DNA of 43,195 nt, from assembly GCA_001275005.1 (NCBI GenBank), contig JWZX01002886.1, forward strand, positions 1 through 43,195, in the 5' to 3' direction. Shown here one piece after another: positions 25,395 through 36,350 of this stretch (the stretch's first letter is position 1; every line of letters begins with the position of its first letter). A model generated the notes under the pieces. The model searched no databases. It was not told the origin of the DNA and saw only the letters and a list, made by a program, of their open reading frames with translations. The position numbers were made by a program, and so were the translations under genes. This stretch comes from Chrysochromulina tobinii. Lineage: Eukaryota.

Positions 25395-28300
25395 ATGGCC
25401 CTGCTGCCGACGCTGCTGCGCCACGGCAGCAGCTTCCTCAACAGCGATAACCCATCCATTTCCGCTGTGGCGTCGTCTCAGGGGCACCTGCTGGTTTGGG
25501 ACGGGCGTGCGTTGCGTTTATACGCCGGCACCGAGCAGATCCAGCAAACGTCAATTCCTGCCGATGCACCTGGCGCGACACTGGCGCAGCTGCATTACAA
25601 TGCATGCGACAACAACTTCGTGCTCGTGTACTCTGCCGCGTACGCGCGCTTTGTCTCCGCGGACATGACCATGCACGAGATCTTCAACACGGACCAGTCA
25701 ACCATCGTCGCCTCCGCATGGCTTGAGCGCCGGCAGGAGCTCGTGACCACCAGCAAGGATGGGTCCCTTTCATTCTCGCAAACGCGCAAGAACTATACAG
25801 TGCTCATCTCCGGCCGAAAGCTCATTCCGACCTTCAAGAAGCGGATGGCCATCAAGACGACATATCGCTGGATGGTTCGTTTGGCAGTCGACGAGGAGGA
25901 GGACCGCCTGTTCGTGCTGCACGAGCGCGATGTGCTCGTTTGGTCTTGCGCGACTGGGGAGCTGCTCCAAAAGCTGTCGAGCCTGGGCGCGCACGACCTA
26001 CAGGGCATCTGCTACCTTCCGGGCTCGCGGCGGCTGCTCACGACGTGCCATGACGGCGTCATCCATAAGTGGGCGATAGGTCCGAGTGGTGCCGTCGAGA
26101 CGGACGTGATGGCTGGCCATGCGAAGCGCGTGACTGCGATGGCGCCCGCGGCGCACGGCCGGCTGCTCGTGAGCTGCAGCGAGGACGACACCATGCGGGT
26201 GTGGAGTACCGAGAGCTGCGCCGAGCTTCATGAGTGCACGCCCACCTTGGCGCCCGATCAGTCGCAGAAGGTGTCCGACTACTCAGCGCCGCACCCGTCC
26301 CTCATCGCGCTGAGCGAGCAGATATCAGGCAGCTCGCCCTTGATACAGCTGCACGTGCTGAGCGGCGCGCTCATTACGTCCCTCGAGCTGCTCCAGCCGT
26401 CTGCGCGCATGGCGCGCGCATCGGACGTCATCCGCACTGCTCACATGGTCGAATCGTCGCGTGAGCGGCAGCTGGGCCAGGCGGACCGTATGCTGCTCCT
26501 CCACGTGGCGAACAACACGCTGCAACTCGTGGCTGTGGCCGACGGCAATGTGCGCAGCGTCTTTGCACCACGGCGCGCGAGCTCGAGCAAAGTGCCTGGG
26601 AGCGGCCCGGTCATCGGCTGTACGGTGTACGAGCCCGAGCTGGGCTGTGCGATTGCATGCTGCTCCAACGGCGCCGTCGATGTGCTCGAGATCGGCGTGG
26701 GAAATCTACACGTCGGGGCTGCGAAGATTCTGGAGCCGCCCCCCGAGGCGCCCGGGATGCCGCCTGCGGCGGGCAGCATCGTCGTCCTCTGGAGCTTCCT
26801 TGATCCTAACTGCGCGTGGCAGGCCGTCGCCGCATGCCTGCTGCCCACCGCCCTGAACCCGTCAGGGCAGGCGGTCGCGGACCGCCGCTCGCAGAAGCGA
26901 GCAGACGAGCTGCTGAGCGGGTACACGATCGTCACGGGGGGTGCGAACGGCTACCTAAGCTTGTGGCACGTGCATGAGGCGAACGTCGTTCGCACGGTAG
27001 CTGCGCACATTGACTCGGCGGTGGTGGCGGTGCTCCCGCTACGCGCTGCGCCCAAAGTGCACGCAGAGGCCGCTGGAGCACCGCCAGCGTCGGAAGCCGT
27101 GTCGGTCCGGCAGGCCGCGCCAGCTGTGCCGATGAATGCAGGGCAGGCAGCAGCAAAAGCAGCGCACGCTTTGCAAGCGTCGGCTGCTTCGGCACCGGAG
27201 CTCACTCACGCTGGGCTTCCCGAGGAGCACTTGCATCAATTGCGCATGTTGGCCTGCGCCGGCGCCGGCGCCGGCGCCGACGATGCCCCCGTCGACGTCA
27301 CCCCCGTCGCCAAGAAGGCGTGGCTTCGCACCGGAAAGGCAGCGACTTACGTGGCAGCCGAGGACTGGCGCTTCGACACGGTCGTGGTCTCCGTGGGTGC
27401 CGACGGTAGCGTGCGCCTGTACGACACGAGTGGATTCAAATTCACCCCGGTCGGTGCCTTCAATGTTGGCTCCGCGTATGAAGTTACGGCCGCTGCCTTG
27501 CGCTCGGCGCGCACACTCCTCGTCGGCTTCGAGAATGGGACGGTTGAGCTGTGGCAGTTACCTGACTGGCGAGAGACCGGCACGTCGCGTCAACGACGCG
27601 CGGTGCAGATCGGGAGCTTGCTGATGCACGCTGGGCGCATCACGTCTTTCTCGTGCACCAAGGATTTGCGCTATTTCCTCACCTCGTCTGCCGACAGCAC
27701 AGTGGTGATGTGGAACTTGGCGCGCTTCACGCCAGTGCACACCTTTTCGTTCTCAAAGCCGGCCGCGCACGCCCTCAGCCTCTCGACAAACAGCGCGTTC
27801 CTGACCGCTCTCGGCGACGGTATGGAAGAGGTGCCATTCGCGCCAGAGCTGCTGCCCCCTCCCGTCGACTTCGCCATCCTGAGCGAGGCAGATCAGGAGT
27901 TCGCCCGGCGCGTCGCAGCGATCGAGAGCCAAGAAATGGCAGATGTGGCGCAGAAGGCGCTCGACAAAGCCGCCCTGTTGAACTCGGTGGGCGTGACAGC
28001 CACGAGCGCCGCTGCCTTCTTGGGCCCCGAATTCGCAGACGACGAGTTCTTTGCGGCGCTCGATCGCGCGGACGCTCAGCGCGGAGGCACACAAAAGGGG
28101 TCTGGCGCGGACAACGATGCATCTTCACACTTGTTGGGCGTTGGCAGCGAAGTCCGTCTGCCGAAGACAAAGCCTGCGAAGCGGCCGCGGGAGCGCATCC
28201 CGTACAACGGGCCTCCGGAGGTGTCGGCCCAAAAGATTGGCTTCTCGATGCTGCTGAGCACGGGATCGCATGTGACCCCGTCGTGGGCAGAGGAGAAGCA

Positions 28301-31300
28301 ACTGCTCGAGTCTCTCTCTCCCTCGAAGAGACCGCCTCCTCTGCCCGAGTACCCTACGGATCAGCCTCTGGCCGCTGCAAGTGCACAGAAGCAGGCGCCT
28401 GGAACGACGCTGGGCCGTCCTGGACGGATCGGTCCTGAGATCGCGCGCGAGATCGAGGCCAGAGAGGCGAAGCTACGAGCGGAGGCTGCTGGGCGAGGGC
28501 GGGTGGTCCGATTGCTCCAGGAAGATCTTGATCTCCTTCTGAGAGATTCCTCCGAGAGAGCGATGGCAGCGATGGCAGCGCCGGACATGGTAGCGGAGCC
28601 ACCAGCCACGGCAGCTGCGACTGCTGCGCAGGGTGTCGCTCTTGAGAGTGCGGCGCGCGACGTTGACGAGGCGCTCGAGGCGCTGCCGCGGAATGCGACG
28701 TCGTCCAGCCCGCCGGATTATCGTGATTGGGCGGGAGTAGACGAGGATACGACCCAGAAAGCGCCCGTAAGGGCAGCAACCATCGCGCCCGTTGAGGCGC
28801 CTGCCGAGCAAGTGCAGGTGACGAGCCGAGCAGAGGCCTCCTCTGCACCCGATGCAAGCTTGACCTCATTCGCCGAACCGTCAGCGTCAACCTATCAGGT
28901 GATAGACCTTTCTGCAGATGAGCATAATGCCATGATCCGATCACATTATCTGAATTGGCCCGGTCGCCAGCTGAGCCTGATGGGGAGTGCTTTCTTCTTC
29001 GAGCCGAATGCTCGGCCATTGACCGCACCCATGCCGATGCTGCCTCCAAACCCGCCGCTGCCGCCACGCACCGCCGAGCGCCGGTCTCAGGTACAAGTGC
29101 GCCAAACGCCGAGTAAGAAGAAATTGGATTTGGATGGATTGGAACCGCTCGTCTCACGTCTGGAGCTCTTGCAGACCCGCCCTCAGACCGCCATCCCCTC
29201 GGAGGTGACTGAGGCTTCTGTTTCGGCTCCCGTGCCAGCCGCCCCGCCAGCAGCCGCTCCTCCGGTCAGTCAGCCTCAATTATTTGCTTGGCCGCCTCGG
29301 CTTGCACCGCCACCGCTTGCACCGCCACCGCCTGCACCGTCGCGGCCCGCAGAAACACCATCTGGTCAGACCCCGCAGACGCCGCAGACAGAGAGCGAGG
29401 AGCAGGGCCGTCCTTCGGAGAACATCTTTCCCTCATGGCCGGGCACTGCCTCAGGGCGTCCCGACCTCTTCCCATCGTTGGGACCATCACGGCCGGGAAC
29501 CGCTTCGGAACGGCCCGATCGACCACCAAGCTCTGCATCGTCACGGCGTACCAAAACACCACCTGGTCAGCCCCCGCAGACAGAGAGCGAGGAGCAGGGC
29601 CGTCCTTCGGAGAACATCTTTCCCTCACGGCCGGGCACTGCCTCAGGGCGCCCCGACCTCTTCCCATCGTTGGGACCATCACGGCCGGGAACCGCCTCGG
29701 AACGGCCCGATCGACCACCAAGCTCGAGGATGTACACACCCGGCAGCTCGCGCGCGCGAAGTCCGAAGACGTCGCGTCCTCGGAGCCCTTTCAAGAGCGA
29801 TGCGCCTTTCACCTCCACGATGTTGCCCCTCGGTGAAGGCCTTCTCGACTTCTCGGACGTGAACAACTTTGTGCAGCCGAGCGACGCGGACGTGCTCTCG
29901 ATGGTCGACCTCGTCGAAGGCGATTGGGTCGTCACCCTTCTCGGAGGGCACACGCTCGGCTACTCGTGCGCCCTGTACGGCATGGAGGGTGCTCGTGAGA
30001 AGGCTCTGGCCCGCGGCCGGCTCGATCATCTGCACGCCCAGGGCTACACCGGGGGCACGTCGAGCCGGGGCACGTCCAGTCGAGCCGGCAGTCGCGCCGT
30101 AACGCCAAACGCAAGCCGACCGAGCACTCGGGGCGGGCAGGGAAGCAGACCTGGCACGGGCGGTCTCCGAGGGCATGACGGCTCAATGGCTGCCGATGAT
30201 ACTGCGAAGGAGCAGCCCTCAACGGCCGCGAAGCAGCCGGAGGACCCCTCGGCACAGGGCGCAGAGGCGGCGGGCGTCGAGACCGACCTTGACGGTGTCA
30301 ATCTCCTGCGGCTGGGCAAGCGCACGGATGAGTACCGCGAGGCCGCACACCCTAAGTCGCCCTCCCAGAACGCGATGAAGACCATTACACAGTGGGAGTC
30401 TGAGTTGGTGGGAGAGCCCAAGTCCATGATTGACCGCCGACCCTCGTCACGTGGCGCCCTCGACAAGGAGATACGGAGGCAGTTGATCGAGAAGCAGCAG
30501 GCCGCTTTGGTGCACGAGAGGCAGCAGATTGCCAAGGAGCGCGAGGATAAGCTCTCTCAGCGCCTCGCGAGCCAGGAGAAAACGATGCAGATGAGGACGG
30601 CACTCGCCAACGCGGCCAAGCAGCAGCGGGCCACAGGGCGGGTGGCCAAGGCGATGCTCGAAGCCGCGCGGCTGGCGTCGCTGCGGGAGGCTCGGTCGCA
30701 GTTAGACGACGATCGCGCCGAGATAGTTCGCCAGAGGAAGCTGGAGCTGGAGCAGAAGAGCAGGGAGGCGCGCAAGAAGCAAAAGGAGGAGGCCGTTGAG
30801 CTAGAGAAGCTCGCGCTCCAAGCAGCTCTCACCTCGTCCAAAGCCCTCAACGTGTCCGCAAACAACTCGGGCAGTGCGGCGGAGGTGGAGATGGGGGAGA
30901 TTGGGCCAATGGACGCTTTCCGCCCTCTCGGCATGGGCACATCTCCACCACGCTCGTCGGCCCATACGCCGGTCAATGCGCCAGCCGGTGCATCTCCAGG
31001 TCCTTTGCAAGCTTATGCGGAAGCACCTTCGCCGATCAATCCGAAATTCCTGTACTATGGCGCCACGCCCGACCCAGCTCAGGCAGCCCTGCTCGAGGCG
31101 CAGCGTTGTCAGCGGATCCGTGAGCAAGCGCAATTGCGGCTGCTATCACCACCGGGAACCGTGCCACCCCCGTCGCCGACGAAGGTCTTCGAAGTCGACG
31201 AAGCGCACGCCGATCAGCATGCGTTGTCCTCAGGGGCACCCATCGGTGCCGGTGCTGGCGTGTTTGTCGCGTACGGTTCGGACCCGAATTCGCCTCGGTC

Positions 31301-34300
31301 CAAGGCGATTAGGGCGCGCACGGAGGAGGAGGCGCGGCTGCGTGCACTGGAGGAGGCGCGGCTCGCTGCCGAGCGCGAGGAGGCAGAGAGGCTGCGTCGA
31401 GAGGAGGAGGAGGCGGAGAGGCTGCGTTTGCTTGCGGAGCGAAAAGCTCGGGAGGAGGAGGATCGTGCAACGCTGGATGCAGGTCTCACGGACGGCGTCG
31501 ATGCCTTTGGATCCGGCCGCAAAGGCTCATCATCGGCCGCTGATGATGCGGCGTCGGCCTCGGCGGCCGCGGCGGCTGCCGCCCGTGCTGCAGCTGAGGC
31601 CGCCGCGCTCAAGGCAGCCCAGGACGCCGCTGCAGGCAAGCCGAAGTCATCGGCGGCCGATGATGCGGCTGCCGCGGCGGCAGCGGCGGCAGCGGCGGCA
31701 GCGGCGGCTGCCGCCCGTGCTGCAGCTGAGGCCGCCGCGCTCAAGGCAGACCAGGATGCTGCTGCTCTTAAGCAAGGGCAGGAGGCTTTGGGCAATCGAG
31801 CTCAGGGCGGAGCACGAGGGGCCGCGGGCGCAGCGGCTGCCAAGTCAGCAGTCAGCCCCATCAATGTCGCCGGACTGGATGATGAAGACGAAATGGCAAA
31901 GGGAGCTGGCAAGTCCTCGAATAAGTATGGCTCGCCGCCGGGTCCGCCCCGAGCGCCAGCTTCGTCACCGACACCAGGTAGTGGATTGCGCGATCCTACT
32001 TCAGTGGACAAGTCCTTGGCCATGGCGGCAAAGCTGGGATCGCCGTCTAAATCACCTCTGAAGGACGCAAAGGAGGACCCCTCGCTGAGCGACTACGACA
32101 AATGGAGGAGGCGAGAGAGCGAGCACGACGCCGATTGGCACGATGATGGCATTGATTGGGACGACATTGACTTCAAGGCTGCCCCGCCGGAGATGTTCGA
32201 CGCTCTGATCAGCGACGTCGTGCCTGAGGTCCACCTCCTGCGTCGCGAACTCGTCTCGTCGCCCACCAAAGAGGTTGCAGGGCGGGCGCCAGAAGCTGCA
32301 CAGAGCCGAGCCGCGCCGGCACCACCCCCTGGGCCCGGCGCACCCCCTGCACCACCAAAGTCGTCCACGATAGGGGTCGCACCCCCGAAGCCCGGCGACT
32401 CGCCCTCGAAGGGCACTCGCCTCGATGAGTTCCCCACAAAGGGCGAGAGAGTCATCGAGGCGTCCCTCGAGAGTCAGCGCGTGATCGAAGCGCGCGCGGA
32501 GGAGGTCCGGAGCCGCATCCCTCCATCCTTCCCGTTTACACCCTCCTCTCCGACCTCTCCACCGGCGAGTCGCCCCCAATCGCCACCCAAACGTCGATTC
32601 TCGCGCGAGGTGGATGGTTTGGCTTGGGTTGTGGCCGGCCAACAGAAGCCAACCCAAGGTGCCGAGGTGGTGAACGCTCATCTGTCTGCGGCAATCAACA
32701 AAGCTCACGTGAGAGCAGCGGCGATGCAGCACTCCACATCGTTCGGGCAAGAGGTCGTGGAGCTCACACAGCCAGAAATGGACGCGTGCCACGTGGGCGT
32801 GCCATTGGAGCCTGACAGCTTCGTCAAGGTTGGGAACAAGTACTACATCCCGGCGGACGCCACCGCGAAGGCCGCCGCGAAAGCCAAGCTGATGGTCGCG
32901 CAATCCCGAGCCGAGGCCGCCATAATGGCGAAGAAACAGAGAGCGATTGATAAGGGTCTTCCAGTTGACGCGCCTGTCGTCCATGCCCCAACGCTGCTGC
33001 AACACCCCGATGCTGCTGCAGCCAGGCCCGGTGCTGGCACTGGGGCAAGGCTTGAGCGCGAGCAGTCTACAAGCTTCCTGCAGGGTGCACTGCCTGTGGC
33101 TGCTGACGGCGAGCCGAAGCGTGGCGCACTGGCGCAGCTCTCTTCCTCTGGAGGAGGCTCGCATGCGCAGATGCCTTCGTCCGCAGACGCGAAGGGGAGC
33201 GGTGCGAATCGCATGTCGTCCTCTGGCGGGTCCACCCGCTCGACAGTTCAGCCTCAGAAGCAGCCTTCTCCTCCGAAGGAGCGGGAAGTGCTGCAAATTC
33301 GAGGTCGGTTGGTGGACCCACCGGAACCGGAGGAGGAGGAGGAGGAGGAGGAGGAGGCGGCTTCTCCCAAGGTGAACCCGGACGCCGCTGCGGCTTCGGA
33401 GGCCGATCAGTTTTTCGATGCGATCGAGGCTGAGCTGCGGGAGCACGTGCCCCAAGCTTCGCTTCCGAACAGTCCTACTATAGTAGCTCGTCACACGACC
33501 GAGTTCCTGCTGGCACAGGTGCCCGGTTCGCGGCGTGTCTCAGACGATGTACCCGTCATGGTTGCGCCACAGGCAACCGCTGACGACTCACAAGTTGCCG
33601 AGGCGCCAGCGACAGTTGGCGCGGAAGCCGTTCAGAAGCGAGTGGATGTGAGGTCCATAACGGCGGATCAGAAGCATGCCGAGGACGCCTTGGGTGCCCA
33701 AGTGCAGACTGGTGGTGGCAAGCTGCTGCTGCCTCTCTCGAGCTCCATGCCCAACCTGCCCCGCAAGATGGTCACGCCGAAGCTTGAGAGTGACTGGGTC
33801 AAGCAGCTTCAGCGGCCGGCCACGCCCGAGCACGCCGCACGGACCTCCATGCCATATGGGGGCAACTCGAGGGAAACGACCGTCAAGCTGCTCACTGCGT
33901 CGCCCGTTCGCTTTCACGACCAGCTGATCAGAGCGTCGCAGATGACCATCGAGAGCCTCGAGCTGTACGCGCCCAAATCGACCAGGCCGGGCTCACGTTC
34001 AGCGCAGCGCTCGGCCCAGTCGGCCACGTATGCGCGTTCGGTGCCCAGCCTCAATCCAGTCGAGCCCCCCCGGGCCGCGCAGCGCCCCTCGACGGGCTCG
34101 AGTACTGGGCGCCCGACGGTCGTCGGCAAGATCGACACCTCGCCGCGCCCGGGCACGAGTGGGGGTGGGCCGGTCTACCTCGTGCGCTACCCGGGCGGTA
34201 AACCCGAGAGGGCGATGCGCGAGCAGCAGCAGCAGCGCGAGAAGGAGCGGAACAAGAGCCCGCCACGCTCCACCTTTAAGCCCGCCGCGCTCCACCAGAC

Positions 34301-34595
34301 GTTCGAGCAGAGCTTTATTGGCTCCCGGAAGCCCAATGTCAAGGCCGCGGGGGCGCTCACCGCTACGGCGTTCACGTTCGGGGCCTCTGGCCCCGCAGAG
34401 GAGCGAGCCGCCCCGGCCGATGAGCGTGTTGGACCGACCATACCGACCGTTCGCATCCTGCCGGTGGTGGCGCCCGAGGGTTCCGTTAGGCCGGCGGATC
34501 ACTTGGTGCCAGGCGGCCTCGGCCATGTCGCTGCACGCGCATCGACGGCGTCCGGAACGAGATCGAGCCGCGAGTCTACGCACGGCGGCTCATAA
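25395..34595 (+). CDS. Giant WD40-repeat protein (~3070 aa; WDR87/WDR97-like architecture) with a long disordered and coiled-coil C-terminus
   Basis: WD40 repeats in the first ~830 aa (LLTTCHDGVIHKW, GHAKRVT...LLVSCSEDDTMRVW, IVTGGANGYLSLW, VVSVGADGSVRLYD, FLTSSADSTVVMWN). The rest is Pro/Ser/Ala-rich with charged helices. The ORF is uninterrupted; likely ATG at 25395. Orthology is a guess. Confidence 0.8.
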   Translation: MALLPTLLRHGSSFLNSDNPSISAVASSQGHLLVWDGRALRLYAGTEQIQQTSIPADAPGATLAQLHYNACDNNFVLVYSAAYARFVSADMTMHEIFNTDQSTIVASAWLERRQELVTTSKDGSLSFSQTRKNYTVLISGRKLIPTFKKRMAIKTTYRWMVRLAVDEEEDRLFVLHERDVLVWSCATGELLQKLSSLGAHDLQGICYLPGSRRLLTTCHDGVIHKWAIGPSGAVETDVMAGHAKRVTAMAPAAHGRLLVSCSEDDTMRVWSTESCAELHECTPTLAPDQSQKVSDYSAPHPSLIALSEQISGSSPLIQLHVLSGALITSLELLQPSARMARASDVIRTAHMVESSRERQLGQADRMLLLHVANNTLQLVAVADGNVRSVFAPRRASSSKVPGSGPVIGCTVYEPELGCAIACCSNGAVDVLEIGVGNLHVGAAKILEPPPEAPGMPPAAGSIVVLWSFLDPNCAWQAVAACLLPTALNPSGQAVADRRSQKRADELLSGYTIVTGGANGYLSLWHVHEANVVRTVAAHIDSAVVAVLPLRAAPKVHAEAAGAPPASEAVSVRQAAPAVPMNAGQAAAKAAHALQASAASAPELTHAGLPEEHLHQLRMLACAGAGAGADDAPVDVTPVAKKAWLRTGKAATYVAAEDWRFDTVVVSVGADGSVRLYDTSGFKFTPVGAFNVGSAYEVTAAALRSARTLLVGFENGTVELWQLPDWRETGTSRQRRAVQIGSLLMHAGRITSFSCTKDLRYFLTSSADSTVVMWNLARFTPVHTFSFSKPAAHALSLSTNSAFLTALGDGMEEVPFAPELLPPPVDFAILSEADQEFARRVAAIESQEMADVAQKALDKAALLNSVGVTATSAAAFLGPEFADDEFFAALDRADAQRGGTQKGSGADNDASSHLLGVGSEVRLPKTKPAKRPRERIPYNGPPEVSAQKIGFSMLLSTGSHVTPSWAEEKQLLESLSPSKRPPPLPEYPTDQPLAAASAQKQAPGTTLGRPGRIGPEIAREIEAREAKLRAEAAGRGRVVRLLQEDLDLLLRDSSERAMAAMAAPDMVAEPPATAAATAAQGVALESAARDVDEALEALPRNATSSSPPDYRDWAGVDEDTTQKAPVRAATIAPVEAPAEQVQVTSRAEASSAPDASLTSFAEPSASTYQVIDLSADEHNAMIRSHYLNWPGRQLSLMGSAFFFEPNARPLTAPMPMLPPNPPLPPRTAERRSQVQVRQTPSKKKLDLDGLEPLVSRLELLQTRPQTAIPSEVTEASVSAPVPAAPPAAAPPVSQPQLFAWPPRLAPPPLAPPPPAPSRPAETPSGQTPQTPQTESEEQGRPSENIFPSWPGTASGRPDLFPSLGPSRPGTASERPDRPPSSASSRRTKTPPGQPPQTESEEQGRPSENIFPSRPGTASGRPDLFPSLGPSRPGTASERPDRPPSSRMYTPGSSRARSPKTSRPRSPFKSDAPFTSTMLPLGEGLLDFSDVNNFVQPSDADVLSMVDLVEGDWVVTLLGGHTLGYSCALYGMEGAREKALARGRLDHLHAQGYTGGTSSRGTSSRAGSRAVTPNASRPSTRGGQGSRPGTGGLRGHDGSMAADDTAKEQPSTAAKQPEDPSAQGAEAAGVETDLDGVNLLRLGKRTDEYREAAHPKSPSQNAMKTITQWESELVGEPKSMIDRRPSSRGALDKEIRRQLIEKQQAALVHERQQIAKEREDKLSQRLASQEKTMQMRTALANAAKQQRATGRVAKAMLEAARLASLREARSQLDDDRAEIVRQRKLELEQKSREARKKQKEEAVELEKLALQAALTSSKALNVSANNSGSAAEVEMGEIGPMDAFRPLGMGTSPPRSSAHTPVNAPAGASPGPLQAYAEAPSPINPKFLYYGATPDPAQAALLEAQRCQRIREQAQLRLLSPPGTVPPPSPTKVFEVDEAHADQHALSSGAPIGAGAGVFVAYGSDPNSPRSKAIRARTEEEARLRALEEARLAAEREEAERLRREEEEAERLRLLAERKAREEEDRATLDAGLTDGVDAFGSGRKGSSSAADDAASASAAAAAAARAAAEAAALKAAQDAAAGKPKSSAADDAAAAAAAAAAAAAAAAARAAAEAAALKADQDAAALKQGQEALGNRAQGGARGAAGAAAAKSAVSPINVAGLDDEDEMAKGAGKSSNKYGSPPGPPRAPASSPTPGSGLRDPTSVDKSLAMAAKLGSPSKSPLKDAKEDPSLSDYDKWRRRESEHDADWHDDGIDWDDIDFKAAPPEMFDALISDVVPEVHLLRRELVSSPTKEVAGRAPEAAQSRAAPAPPPGPGAPPAPPKSSTIGVAPPKPGDSPSKGTRLDEFPTKGERVIEASLESQRVIEARAEEVRSRIPPSFPFTPSSPTSPPASRPQSPPKRRFSREVDGLAWVVAGQQKPTQGAEVVNAHLSAAINKAHVRAAAMQHSTSFGQEVVELTQPEMDACHVGVPLEPDSFVKVGNKYYIPADATAKAAAKAKLMVAQSRAEAAIMAKKQRAIDKGLPVDAPVVHAPTLLQHPDAAAARPGAGTGARLEREQSTSFLQGALPVAADGEPKRGALAQLSSSGGGSHAQMPSSADAKGSGANRMSSSGGSTRSTVQPQKQPSPPKEREVLQIRGRLVDPPEPEEEEEEEEEAASPKVNPDAAAASEADQFFDAIEAELREHVPQASLPNSPTIVARHTTEFLLAQVPGSRRVSDDVPVMVAPQATADDSQVAEAPATVGAEAVQKRVDVRSITADQKHAEDALGAQVQTGGGKLLLPLSSSMPNLPRKMVTPKLESDWVKQLQRPATPEHAARTSMPYGGNSRETTVKLLTASPVRFHDQLIRASQMTIESLELYAPKSTRPGSRSAQRSAQSATYARSVPSLNPVEPPRAAQRPSTGSSTGRPTVVGKIDTSPRPGTSGGGPVYLVRYPGGKPERAMREQQQQREKERNKSPPRSTFKPAALHQTFEQSFIGSRKPNVKAAGALTATAFTFGASGPAEERAAPADERVGPTIPTVRILPVVAPEGSVRPADHLVPGGLGHVAARASTASGTRSSRESTHGGS
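29354..29724 (+). repeat. Recent coding tandem duplication, 192-nt (64-aa) period, 2 copies
   Basis: gagagcgaggagcagggccgtccttcggagaacatc... starts at 29391 and 29583. The copies are near-identical (PQTESEEQGRPSENIFPS[W/R]PGTASGRPDLFPSLGPSRPGTASERPDRPPSS). Confidence 0.95.
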
Positions 34596-35309
34596 GACAG
34601 AACACATATCGACAGACGCGACAACCGGTGCCGTGCTTCGGCACATGAAACGAGGGAGACGACGAACTGACTCTCGGCAATGCGCGAGCCCAATAGAGAC
34701 TTTTTTCTCGCGGCCGTGCCGCGTTCAGATGCGTGAGACATATTGAAGGTGAGCGTCCCGGACCTCGACGACTGTCGACTGATCCTTCGCCCCACTCTTC
34801 TGCACAACGCCATCCAGCTGCCTCGCATGCACCGTATCCTCGAAGTCCTAAGGTGTGTAGGCTTTTTTTACCGTACTACGACGACCGAGGCCCCGCGACG
34901 ACCGAGGCCCCGGCGCCGCCGCGGCCGCATTCCGACTCAGCACTCACGTTTGGTCTCGTCTGACGGAAAGCTCTCGTGTCTCGACCGCGGCTTGGTCTTC
35001 CGTGTTCCGAGTTCCGTTGCCGCCCACATGTTGATCCCAGCACCAAGGCATGCAACACGTCCTGGCCGCACACGACACGCGCGGAGTCGCGACCGCGACC
35101 GCAACGCACAGGAACCCTATAAGCCCGAACCCGAACGCGAACCCCAACCAACCCGACGCCCGAACACCCACATAACGCCCCCATACGAGTATACTTTCTG
35201 AACAGCCCTTGGTGCATACAAGTTCAAGTTTAGAAGTCAAGTATGCGCGCGCGTGTGTGCAGGTGGGCCACACGTGGTAGGAGGCTCCAGCTACGCGCCT
35301 TCTACGCGC

Positions 35310-36350
35310 CTACGCCGCCATCGATCCTTTCGGGATCAATTTGCACAGTTCGTCACCTTTATTGGCTTCGTCAATCACTTTTTTCAGCATGTCATTTGGC
35401 GCATCATCGGCTTTGGAGAGCGCCGTTAGGAGCGGGCTGTCCTTGATGGCCTGTAGAGCGCAGGCCTCCACGATCTTTGTCGCATACATCTCAATCATCC
35501 GAGTAGTCACCTCGGAGAACATAATCTCGGACGGGCGTGAAACACTTTTATCCTTGCGCTTGTCGTTCGCAAGGCGGTCGCGAATGAATTCCTCCAGGTT
35601 TGCAGCTGTCATCGTCTGAGGGCCGAGATCCTTTTTGTTGCAGTATTCGACGGCGTACCCGTCGAGCTGTTTGTGGTCCAGCGTGGTTGGCGCGGTCGTG
35701 TACGACAGCCGCTTGATGTTGAAGAGGGCATTCTGCTGCCTCATCACCACGCCAAACACGTAGGCGCACACGACGATTCCAATCGAGATCACGCCCACCA
35801 GTATGGTTGCGACGTAGGAGGCGAAGATGATGAAGTGATAAAAGACCAACGCCATAAGGAAAAGGACTCCGAACAAGAAAAGGAGGAGCCCGGCCGAATT
35901 GAGAGAGCCGAGGCGCTCATGAAAGATGCGCGGCTCCACGACTCCAGTCAGTTGGGACAGGAAGAGCATGGTCAAGACGGAGTGAGTGGTTGACAGGATG
36001 AACCCAACAAAGGAGAGGAACGACACGACGGATAGAACATCACGGTGCGCGCGCGCCATGTCCTCACCGCTTGCCGCGTCCTCGCTCTCGCGAGTCAGCA
36101 TGTTGACCGTCGAGTCGAAATTCAAGTCTTGAACACCCATCATGTACGGGATTGCGATGGTGAGGAGAAGCGCCGACATCAAACCAAGATTCGTCTGCTC
36201 CACAATGATCTGCTCCCGTCGATTCGCAAGGTCGTCCTCAAGCTCCAGCCAATTGCCGCGCCACGAAGTGAAAACGGTGTCATAGAACGTATAATCTTTC
36301 TTCACCCACGGCTTTGAAGCTTGCTCCGTGGTGATGCACTGCCCCGTCAA
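35310..36350 (-). CDS. Hypothetical four-TM membrane protein (possibly Orai/PGG-like fold); 5' exons probably extend upstream to about 36470 or 36662
   Basis: 346-codon ORF without an initial ATG. Four hydrophobic segments: NLGLMSALLLTIAIPYM, VLSVVSFLSFVGFILSTTHSVLTMLFL, GLLLFLFGVLFLMALVFYHFIIF and ATILVGVISIGIVVCAYVFGV. Soluble C-terminus. Confidence 0.6.
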   Translation of the reverse strand: MTGQCITTEQASKPWVKKDYTFYDTVFTSWRGNWLELEDDLANRREQIIVEQTNLGLMSALLLTIAIPYMMGVQDLNFDSTVNMLTRESEDAASGEDMARAHRDVLSVVSFLSFVGFILSTTHSVLTMLFLSQLTGVVEPRIFHERLGSLNSAGLLLFLFGVLFLMALVFYHFIIFASYVATILVGVISIGIVVCAYVFGVVMRQQNALFNIKRLSYTTAPTTLDHKQLDGYAVEYCNKKDLGPQTMTAANLEEFIRDRLANDKRKDKSVSRPSEIMFSEVTTRMIEMYATKIVEACALQAIKDSPLLTALSKADDAPNDMLKKVIDEANKGDELCKLIPKGSMAA

